Shown here piece after piece: positions 19,933 through 27,100 of a stretch of 34,680 nt of DNA. Each line of letters begins with the position of its first letter. Within the stretch, counting starts at the first letter, position 1. The notes below the pieces were generated by a model, which was given only the letters and a program-made list of their open reading frames with translations, did no database searches and was not told the origin of the DNA. Position numbers and translations under genes: made by a program. The stretch spans positions 1 through 34,680 of the forward strand of contig JAUYJH010000061.1 in the NCBI GenBank assembly GCA_030688705.1, in the 5' to 3' direction. This DNA comes from Deltaproteobacteria bacterium (GTDB lineage: Bacteria > UBA10199 > SPLOWO2-01-44-7).

Positions 19933-19957
19933 CTTTACCCCACCGGTTTGCCGATAA
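19930..19957 (+). promoter_or_regulatory. Sigma-28 (FliA/SigD)-like promoter: TAACTTTA-N12-GCCGATAA
   Basis: Consensus is TAAAGTTT-N11-GCCGATAA. The -10 is a perfect 8/8 match at 19950-19957 and the -35 is 5/8 at 19930-19937. The -10 ends only 7 nt before the ATG at 19965, so the mRNA would be nearly leaderless. Confidence 0.35.
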
Positions 19958-19964
19958 CTTATAT

Positions 19965-21035
19965 ATGGCCGACGAAAAATCATCCCAGGAAAAAACGGAA
20001 GACGCGACACCCAAGCGCCTGCGCGAAGCCCGCAAAAAGGGGCAGGTCTCCAAATCGCGCGATATGAACACGGTGGTTATTCTGATAGCCGCCTTTGCGA
20101 TCCTCGCGGTGATGATTCCTTATTATTACGAAGCCTTTAAAGAGGCGATGCTTGCCGCTTTTGACATTGTTTCCCGAAAAGATATCGATTCCCATGACAC
20201 AACGGCCTTTTTAAACGCCTCTTTCGTCGTTTACGTCAAAGCCATCGTTCCCTATATTTTGGGGCTCACGATCATTGCCATTGCCGTCAGTTTTTTTCAG
20301 GTCGGTCCCATTTTTTCCGCCGAGCCGGTCAAGCCGCAGGCCAAACGCCTCAACATCGTTGAAAATGTCAAGAATATGGCCAAGGTGACGACTCTCGTCG
20401 AACTGGCCAAAAACATTCTTAAAATAGGGCTCATTTTTTATTTTGCCTATCTTGTTGTGAGGGCCAATCTGGAACAGCTTTTGTTGACGGCGACGGGCAG
20501 TCTGGAAGAATCGGCCCACGTGGCCGGGGTCATTCTGACCGCCTTCATGATCCGCGTGCTGGTTCTGTTTATTTTGCTGGCGATCATCGATGTGATGATC
20601 CAGCGTTGGCAATACAAAAAACAGCTTCGCATGACCAAGGAAGAGGTGAAGCGGGAATACAAACAGGATGAGGGAGACCCGATTATCAAGAGTGTTCGCC
20701 GGCAGCTGCATCAGGAACTGGCGATGGGGGACACGCGCAAAGCGGTGGCCGGCTCCGATGTGGTTGTGACCAACCCGACCGAGCTGGCGATCGCGGTGAA
20801 ATATGATGAAAAAGAGATGATGGCGCCGACCGTCATGACCAAAGGACAAAGGCTTTTCGCGCAGACGATTCGCGAAATGGCGGAGGAAGAAGGGGTCCCG
20901 ATTGTCCGCAACGTTCCTTTGGCCTGGACGTTGATTGAGGTGGAAGTCGGCCAGGAAATTCCCGAAGAACTCTATAAAACCATGGCCGAAGTATTGATCT
21001 ATGTTTATCGGATGCGGGAACAAAAAACCACTTGA
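19965..21035 (+). CDS. flhB: FlhB/SctU (EscU/YscU/HrcU) family type III export-apparatus switch protein, full length, NPTE variant
   Basis: MADEKSSQEKTEDATPKRLREARKKGQVSKS. Four TM helices. Cytoplasmic domain VVVTNPTELAIAVKYDEKEMMAPTVMTKG...VPIVRNVPLAWTL...EIPEELYKTMAEVLIYVY. Whether it is flagellar or injectisome-type cannot be decided from the sequence alone. Confidence 0.85.
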   Translation: MADEKSSQEKTEDATPKRLREARKKGQVSKSRDMNTVVILIAAFAILAVMIPYYYEAFKEAMLAAFDIVSRKDIDSHDTTAFLNASFVVYVKAIVPYILGLTIIAIAVSFFQVGPIFSAEPVKPQAKRLNIVENVKNMAKVTTLVELAKNILKIGLIFYFAYLVVRANLEQLLLTATGSLEESAHVAGVILTAFMIRVLVLFILLAIIDVMIQRWQYKKQLRMTKEEVKREYKQDEGDPIIKSVRRQLHQELAMGDTRKAVAGSDVVVTNPTELAIAVKYDEKEMMAPTVMTKGQRLFAQTIREMAEEEGVPIVRNVPLAWTLIEVEVGQEIPEELYKTMAEVLIYVYRMREQKTT

Positions 21036-21067
21036 GTCCGTCACGCAAGTGGCCTAGATAAAGCGGC

Positions 21068-21859
21068 ATGACTTTCAAATCGGCGGAGCAGGTGCGGACG
21101 AAAGAGGGCAAACAATATCATATCGGCTGCAAACCGGGGGACTTGAATCCCTTTATTCTTCTTTGCGGCGATCCGGCCCGCGTTGAAAGAGCGGCAAAAC
21201 ATTTTAAAAAACCGACAAAACCGATTTGCCACCGGGAATTTGTGACGGTTTCCGGAAATTATGAAGGAGTCCCCGTTTCCGTTATGGCCACCGGCATGGG
21301 GCCCGACAACACGGAAATCGCCGTTATTGAAATCTGTCAAATTGTCAAAAATCCGACTTTCATCCGGATCGGTTCGTGCGGCGGTTTGAAAAAAGGGGTG
21401 GAACTCGGCGATCTGGTCGTTTCGACAGGCGCCGTTCGGCTTGAAAACACCACCCGTTTTTTTGTTCATGAGGGTTACCCCGCTGTTCCCCATTACAAAG
21501 TGACATCGGCCCTCATTCAGGCCGCTTCAGAAAAAAACTTTCGTTTTCATTCCGGAATAACCGCCACGGCCCCCGGTTTTTACGGCGCGCAGGCAAGAAA
21601 CATTTCCGGATTTCCTCCGCGCGATCCCGATCTTTTAAACAAACTGGCCGCCCAGAATGTGATCAACATTGAAATGGAGGCTTCTGTGCTTTTTGTTTTG
21701 TCGCAATTGCGCGGCGTTAGAGCCGGCGCCGTTTGCGCCGTTTACGGCAACCGTCACGCCAACAAATTCATCGATGAAAAAACCATGAAAGCGGCCGAGG
21801 GGCGCTGTATTGAAACGGGTCTTAAAGCGGTCCAAATTTTATCAAAGGGGACTTTATGA
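21068..21859 (+). CDS. udp: Uridine phosphorylase-like nucleoside phosphorylase (PNP_UDP_1 family)
   Basis: YHIGCKPGDLNPFILLCGDPARVERAAKHF..HREF..ATGMGPDNTEIAV..RIGSCGG..NIEMEASVLF..RAGAVCAV is collinear with E. coli Udp motifs. Confidence 0.8.
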   Translation: MTFKSAEQVRTKEGKQYHIGCKPGDLNPFILLCGDPARVERAAKHFKKPTKPICHREFVTVSGNYEGVPVSVMATGMGPDNTEIAVIEICQIVKNPTFIRIGSCGGLKKGVELGDLVVSTGAVRLENTTRFFVHEGYPAVPHYKVTSALIQAASEKNFRFHSGITATAPGFYGAQARNISGFPPRDPDLLNKLAAQNVINIEMEASVLFVLSQLRGVRAGAVCAVYGNRHANKFIDEKTMKAAEGRCIETGLKAVQILSKGTL

Positions 21860-22419
21860 AAACAGGGGGCGTTGAAGTGGTTTGCGGGCCGATGTTTTCG
21901 GGCAAAACAGAAGAATTGATCCGGCGGTTGAGGCTCGCCCGCATTGCCAAACAGCGGATTCAAATTTTTAAGCCGGTGATCGATAACCGCTATGAAAATG
22001 AATACATCACCTCGCACGCCGATCAGAAATTTTTATGTACGCCGATTACCGATGCCAAAAAAATTCTCGACCAACTGCAAGACAATACCCGCGTTGTGGG
22101 GATCGATGAAGCCCAGTTTTTCGGGGAAGATCTGATTGAAGTTTGTGAAAAACTGGCCAACCGGGGGTTACGGGTTATTGTAGCCGGCTTGGACCAGGAT
22201 TATTTGGGGCAGCCGTTCGGCCCCATGCCGCAGCTTTTGGCGATTGCCGATGATCTTTTAAAATTGAAGGCGGTCTGCATGGTCTGCGGGGGAGAAGCGA
22301 CCAAATCACAGCGGATCGTTCGGGAAAAGGATCGGGTCATTGTCGGGGCCTCGGAATGCTACGAAGCCCGCTGCCGCCGCTGTTTCGACCCCGATTTCAG
22401 CTTGATGACATCAAGATAG
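21856..22419 (+). CDS. tdk: Thymidine kinase
   Basis: ATGA overlap with udp. P-loop VVCGPMFSGKTEELIRR; IDEAQFF; zinc-ribbon cysteines CMVCG...CYEARCRRC. Confidence 0.93.
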   Translation: MKTGGVEVVCGPMFSGKTEELIRRLRLARIAKQRIQIFKPVIDNRYENEYITSHADQKFLCTPITDAKKILDQLQDNTRVVGIDEAQFFGEDLIEVCEKLANRGLRVIVAGLDQDYLGQPFGPMPQLLAIADDLLKLKAVCMVCGGEATKSQRIVREKDRVIVGASECYEARCRRCFDPDFSLMTSR

Positions 22420-22423
22420 CATG

Positions 22424-22438
22424 AGGTGCCAGGCACCT
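22424..22438. terminator. Short hairpin between convergent tdk and omp genes (weak bidirectional terminator candidate)
   Basis: AGGTGCC-A-GGCACCT lies between the tdk stop (22419) and the omp stop (22443). No clear U-run on either strand. Confidence 0.3.
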
Positions 22439-22442
22439 TACG

Positions 22443-23024
22443 CTAAAAATGGAACCCCACATTTCCGAGAAACGACAGGGGAAAGTTGCCCGTGGAACCT
22501 CCCCCCAAAAGGGCCGCGGAGCGAAAATAAGCGGCCGTTCCAATGGAAAGTTTGCGCGAAAGATAATAATCCAACCCAACCCCCGCTTGCGCGCCGAGAC
22601 CCGATGCCACGCCGCGCCCCCTGGACCCCGCCGTCAAAATATAATAGCCGATACCGACTGCGGCATAAGGGTCCCAACGGGAGGGATTGGTTATAAAATA
22701 ATATTTGAGATCAAAGGTGGGAAGCCCCATAAAAACAATGTTATTTTCTCCCCGGTCGGCATCGGTTCCGTCTTGCACCAGCATCATGACCGAAGCGGTT
22801 GTGGAGAGTTCCGGAGACCATCGATAATCAAAATAAACAAGCGCGCCAACCCCGGGAGACATCTCCGGGCGGCGGTCTGTCACATAAACGTTCCCGATGG
22901 GGCCGATGCCAATGGTGTAATTTCCGGCGGAGTGGGCTCCACCGTCGGATTTTGCCGCAAAGACGGGGCCAAAGACCGAGGACTGAAGACCAAAGACTGC
23001 AAGAAACGCGAAAAATTTTTTCAT
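22443..23024 (-). CDS. Small outer-membrane beta-barrel protein (OmpA-like/OMP_b-brl family)
   Basis: Signal peptide MKKFFAFLAVFGLQSSVFGPVFA|A. Gly/Tyr-rich alternating strands. C-terminal NVGFHF with terminal Phe. GGGGGA SD. Lies 26 nt downstream of purN. Confidence 0.8.
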   Translation of the reverse strand: MKKFFAFLAVFGLQSSVFGPVFAAKSDGGAHSAGNYTIGIGPIGNVYVTDRRPEMSPGVGALVYFDYRWSPELSTTASVMMLVQDGTDADRGENNIVFMGLPTFDLKYYFITNPSRWDPYAAVGIGYYILTAGSRGRGVASGLGAQAGVGLDYYLSRKLSIGTAAYFRSAALLGGGSTGNFPLSFLGNVGFHF

Positions 23025-23050
23025 GGTTCCCCCTATATGACACGCCCGAT

Positions 23051-23629
23051 TTAAAATTTCAAGGACCCAGTTGCGATCCTCTGGATCGCTTGGGGATAAA
23101 TTTCATGTTCTGCCTCCAGGATTCTTTGAGTCAGCGATTCCAAAGAATCGTTTTCCAAAACAGGGACGCTTTTTTGCAAAATAATCGGCCCGGTATCGCA
23201 CCCCTCATCGACAAAATGGACGGTGGCCCCGGTCATTTTCACGCCGGCATCCAAAGCCTGTTTTTGCGCGTGAAGCCCCGGAAAGGCCGGAAGCAGTGCC
23301 GGGTGGATATTGATGATTTTTGCGGGATAGGCTTTTACAAAAGCGGGCGACAAAATTTTCATGAAACCGGCCAGACAAACCAGATCGACCCGATATTTGC
23401 CCAATGTTTGCAATATTTCAGGCTCCGGATTTTTGGCATCGACAACCTCTATGGGAATATTATGCTTTTTGGCCCTTTCCATGGCAAAAGCCCCTGGGTT
23501 ATTGCTGATGACAACAGACACTTCGGCATCGATCTTGTTTTTTTCGCAGGCGTCGATAATCGCCTGTAAATTGGACCCCCGGCCGGAGACCAAAATGCCG
23601 AGTTTTAATTTTTTAGAAACGCTCATCAA
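23051..23629 (-). CDS. purN: Phosphoribosylglycinamide formyltransferase
   Basis: LGILVSGRGSNLQAIIDA; INIHPALLPAFPGLH; DTGPIILQ. ATGA overlap with purM. Confidence 0.93.
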   Translation of the reverse strand: MMSVSKKLKLGILVSGRGSNLQAIIDACEKNKIDAEVSVVISNNPGAFAMERAKKHNIPIEVVDAKNPEPEILQTLGKYRVDLVCLAGFMKILSPAFVKAYPAKIINIHPALLPAFPGLHAQKQALDAGVKMTGATVHFVDEGCDTGPIILQKSVPVLENDSLESLTQRILEAEHEIYPQAIQRIATGSLKF

Positions 23630-24648
23630 TATAGAAAGTGAACTTCAGGAATTTTTCCTTCAACAATCTGACCCATAGCCCATGCCTTTTCACCCATTTT
23701 GTCGATGGCCCGCAGTGCGGCTTCTTTTTCTGAAGGGCTCACCACCAAAACAAGCCCCACACCGCAATTAAAAACGCGGTGAAATTCATCGTGATCCAGG
23801 CCCCCCTTCACGCGAAACATCTCCATATACTCCGGCACCGGCCAAGCCCCCGCCCTGATCTCTATCGCGGTTCCTTGCGGTAAGATTCGCGGGGGATTTT
23901 CAACCAGTCCGCCGCCCGTTATATGGGCGATTCCCTTCAACAAAACCTCTTTTTTCAATTTCAAAATCAGGGGGGTGTAGAGTTTTGTCGGCAGTAAAAG
24001 AGTTTGGGCAAGGCTCAAATGAGTTTCTGAACAAAGCATCTGCAGATTGAGCCGTTCTTCTTTCACAATGCGGCGTATCAGCGAATAGCCGTTGCTGTGA
24101 AAACCGCTGGAGGCGACGCCGATGACCGCGTCGCCGGGGCGGATTGTTTTTCCGTCGACAATCTGATCTTTTTCAAGCACCCCGACCGCGAATCCGGCGC
24201 AATCAAATTCTCCCGGAGGATAAACCCCCGGCATTTCAGCCGTTTCTCCGCCCAGCAAAGAACAGCCGACTTCACGGCAGGCCTCGGCCATTCCGGCGAC
24301 AACCTGTTTCAATACGGCCCGATCGAGCTGTGCCGAGGCGAGATAGTCCAAAAAGAAAAGGGGCTCGGCGCCAAAACAGCCGATGTCATTGACGCACATG
24401 GCGACACAATCGACGCCGATTCCTTTCCAGCTCTTTAATTGATTGGCCAAAATAACCTTGGTTCCGACTCCATCGGTGGAAGAAACCAAAACCGGATTTT
24501 TGTATTTTTTGAGTTCAAAAAGACCCGCGTAACCGCCGATATCTGCCAAAACCTCGGGGCGTCTTGTTTTGGATACAAGTCCGCTGATATCTTCAACAAA
24601 CTGATCCCCCGCCTGAATATCGACCCCCGCCTTTTTATATTCCGTCAT
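23626..24648 (-). CDS. purM: Phosphoribosylformylglycinamidine cyclo-ligase (AIR synthetase)
   Basis: Start set at ATG 24648 (MTEYKKAGVDIQAGDQFVE, the canonical PurM N-terminus). The ORF also offers GTG 24669. Motifs STDGVGTKV and GGETAEMPG. Confidence 0.92.
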   Translation of the reverse strand: MTEYKKAGVDIQAGDQFVEDISGLVSKTRRPEVLADIGGYAGLFELKKYKNPVLVSSTDGVGTKVILANQLKSWKGIGVDCVAMCVNDIGCFGAEPLFFLDYLASAQLDRAVLKQVVAGMAEACREVGCSLLGGETAEMPGVYPPGEFDCAGFAVGVLEKDQIVDGKTIRPGDAVIGVASSGFHSNGYSLIRRIVKEERLNLQMLCSETHLSLAQTLLLPTKLYTPLILKLKKEVLLKGIAHITGGGLVENPPRILPQGTAIEIRAGAWPVPEYMEMFRVKGGLDHDEFHRVFNCGVGLVLVVSPSEKEAALRAIDKMGEKAWAMGQIVEGKIPEVHFLY

Positions 24649-24970
24649 ATTAAGGAGTACAAAAGCCACTATACATCACTCGGCGAAAGCTTCCGCTCGC
24701 CGGTTTCGAACAGCCGCGACTTTTTTTGGGTCGACCCAAAAAATTCGCTCCTCTGTCGGCGTTTTTATTTATGGATCCCGGATGTGAAAATCGCCTTACG
24801 CAGGCTTTTCTTAACCGACTCGCTCGCGCTTTCGCCATATCGTGTATAGTGCCTTTCGTACTCATTAGTAAGAGGGGAGATTCTCTATCTTTTCTCTCCC
24901 GCTCTGCCAATAGAAAAAACAGGAAATTTTGCCATTTGCCTTTCGTTCTTCACTTTTATAGCCTCCCTTC

Positions 24971-27100
24971 ATGTACAAGGGGCCTCCAAAGACGACCGAT
25001 GTCCCTCTGGCCACTCCCGTTCAATTTGTTAAAGGGGTCGGTCCGGCACTTGCGAAAAAACTGGCACGCTTGAATGTCTTTACCGTTGAAGATCTTTTTT
25101 ATCTGATTCCAAACCGCTATATCGACCGTCGAAAAATCGATACCATTGCCGAGTTAACTCCTGGAAAAGAGAAAACGACTGTCGGCCATGTGCTGGGAAG
25201 CGGGGTCTATTTTTTGGGGAAAAAGGGGAAACAGGTTTTTGATGTGGTGATCGGCGACAAGACCGGTAAAATTTCCGCGAAGTGGTTTCATTTTCGCCAC
25301 CAGCAGATGAAAAATCTTTTTCCCGTCGGCAAAAAGGTTTTGCTGGCAGGCGAGGTGACCCAATTTAAAAACAAACTGCAATTTTTTCATCCCGAAGTGG
25401 AATTGCTTGAGGGGGACGGCGATTCTTTGGAAATCGGCGGCAAAATTCTCCCCGTCTATCCTTTGACCGAGGGGCTCTATCAAAAAACAATGCGGAGAAT
25501 TCTCCGCAACGCATGGGACGGTTTTGGGCATCATTTGCGCCCCGCGCTCCCGCTCGATTTTTTGGAACGGCACGGATTGGCCGATCCGTGGGAGTCGGTT
25601 TCACTGCTCCATTTTCCGTCCTCGGACATCGATGCGGAACTGCTGAACAGCCGCCGTTCGCAGGCTCACAAGACGCTTATTTTTGATGAATTTTTCTTTT
25701 TGGAATTGGGGCTGGCGCTTAAAAAAGCGAAAGCGACAAAGGAAGAAGGGATTGCCTTTCCAAAAAATCTTAAATTGGCGGAGATTTTCAAAAAAACCCT
25801 TCCTTTTGAACTGACCGCGGCGCAAAAAAAAGTGATCGAGGAAATCAGCCAAGAGATGGAAAAACCGTTTCCCATGAACCGGCTTATCCAAGGGGACGTC
25901 GGCTCCGGGAAGACAGTGGTGGCCTTGGCCTGTTGCCTGCAGGCCATTGCCGGCGGATATCAGGCGGCGATCATGGCGCCGACCGAAATTCTGGCGGAAC
26001 AGCATTTTTTCACCATCAAAAATTATCTCTCGCAAATGGGGATTCCGGTCGGCTTGATGACCGGCGGGGTCAAAGGGGAAGAACGGGCAAGGTTGTACAA
26101 GGCCTGCGCCACCGGCGAAATTCCTTTAATGATCGGAACGCACGCGTTGATACAAGACGATCTGGAATTTGCAAAACTGGGTTTGGTGGTGATTGATGAA
26201 CAACATCGCTTTGGTGTTTTGCAAAGACAGGCCCTTCATAAAAAAGGAAAAACCCCCGATGTGCTGGTGATGACGGCGACCCCCATTCCCAGAACATTGG
26301 CCCTGACGGCTTACGGCGATCTGGATGTGTCGGTCATTGATGAACTCCCCAAAGGGAGAAAACCGATTTTTACAAGGCTCTATGGAGAAAAGCAGAGAGA
26401 AAAATTGTATGAGGGAATGTTCACGGAACTCAAAAAGGGGCATCAGGTTTTTGTCGTCTATCCGCTGATTGAAGAGAGTGAAAAAGTCGATTTGAAAAAC
26501 GCGACCGAAATGTCCGAAGAGCTCTCCCGCATTTTTTCTCCCGATTACACGGTGGCGCTTCTGCATGGGCGTCTTGCCATGCCGCAAAAAGAAAAAATTA
26601 TGGCCGATTTTAAAAATCAGAAAATCCAGGTTCTGGCGGCCACTTCCGTGGTGGAAGTGGGGGTCGATTGTCCCAATGCCACGGTGATGGTGGTGGAACA
26701 TGCCGAGCGTTTCGGCCTCTCCCAGTTGCATCAGCTTCGGGGGAGGGTAGGGCGGAGCACCCATCAATCGTTTTGTATTTTGATGGCCGATTATCGCCGC
26801 TCGGAAGATGCAAAAAGGCGGCTCAAAATCATGACCGAAACGAATGATGGGTTCCAAATTGCCGAAGAAGATCTGGCTATCAGAGGTCCCGGGGAATTTT
26901 TGGGAACGCGGCAGGCAGGCCTTCCTGATTTCAGGGTTGCCGATCTTTCCCGTGATTTTGACATTTTAACGCTTGCCCGCAAAGCCGCATTTGAATTAGT
27001 AGAGAAAGATCCCAATTTGAATCTGATGGAACACCAGGCTTTTCGCAAAATTTTGAAATCGCGTTGGAAAGGTAAATTGGAGCTTGTTCAAATTGCTTAA
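24971..27100 (+). CDS. recG: ATP-dependent DNA helicase RecG
   Basis: N-terminal VQFVKGVGPALAKKLARLNVFTVEDLFYLIPNRY and wedge domain. Walker A GDVGSGKTVVA; VIDEQHRFG; TATPIPRTL; QLRGRVGR. Confidence 0.95.
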   Translation: MYKGPPKTTDVPLATPVQFVKGVGPALAKKLARLNVFTVEDLFYLIPNRYIDRRKIDTIAELTPGKEKTTVGHVLGSGVYFLGKKGKQVFDVVIGDKTGKISAKWFHFRHQQMKNLFPVGKKVLLAGEVTQFKNKLQFFHPEVELLEGDGDSLEIGGKILPVYPLTEGLYQKTMRRILRNAWDGFGHHLRPALPLDFLERHGLADPWESVSLLHFPSSDIDAELLNSRRSQAHKTLIFDEFFFLELGLALKKAKATKEEGIAFPKNLKLAEIFKKTLPFELTAAQKKVIEEISQEMEKPFPMNRLIQGDVGSGKTVVALACCLQAIAGGYQAAIMAPTEILAEQHFFTIKNYLSQMGIPVGLMTGGVKGEERARLYKACATGEIPLMIGTHALIQDDLEFAKLGLVVIDEQHRFGVLQRQALHKKGKTPDVLVMTATPIPRTLALTAYGDLDVSVIDELPKGRKPIFTRLYGEKQREKLYEGMFTELKKGHQVFVVYPLIEESEKVDLKNATEMSEELSRIFSPDYTVALLHGRLAMPQKEKIMADFKNQKIQVLAATSVVEVGVDCPNATVMVVEHAERFGLSQLHQLRGRVGRSTHQSFCILMADYRRSEDAKRRLKIMTETNDGFQIAEEDLAIRGPGEFLGTRQAGLPDFRVADLSRDFDILTLARKAAFELVEKDPNLNLMEHQAFRKILKSRWKGKLELVQIA

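Noticed and set aside
19965-21035. Calling the region a flagellar or type III secretion locus.
   Set aside because: Only one family member (FlhB/SctU) is present. The neighbours are lipid, nucleoside-salvage and purine genes. A system-level call is not supported by this window.
24650-24910. 86-aa basic ORF on the minus strand in the purM-recG spacer.
   Set aside because: No SD, Arg/Lys/Ser-rich composition without motif, and it overlaps the purM start region. Most likely spurious.
24670-24970. Purine or ZTP (pfl) riboswitch upstream of purM, or a tRNA/tmRNA-like gene (GGTTTCGAA resembles a T-loop).
   Set aside because: I could not find the conserved cores on either strand: the purine aptamer junction sequences, or GGGUCGUGACUGGCG / CCGCCUGGGC of ZTP. 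There is no cloverleaf or acceptor stem around the T-loop-like hexamer. Needs an Infernal scan to exclude formally.
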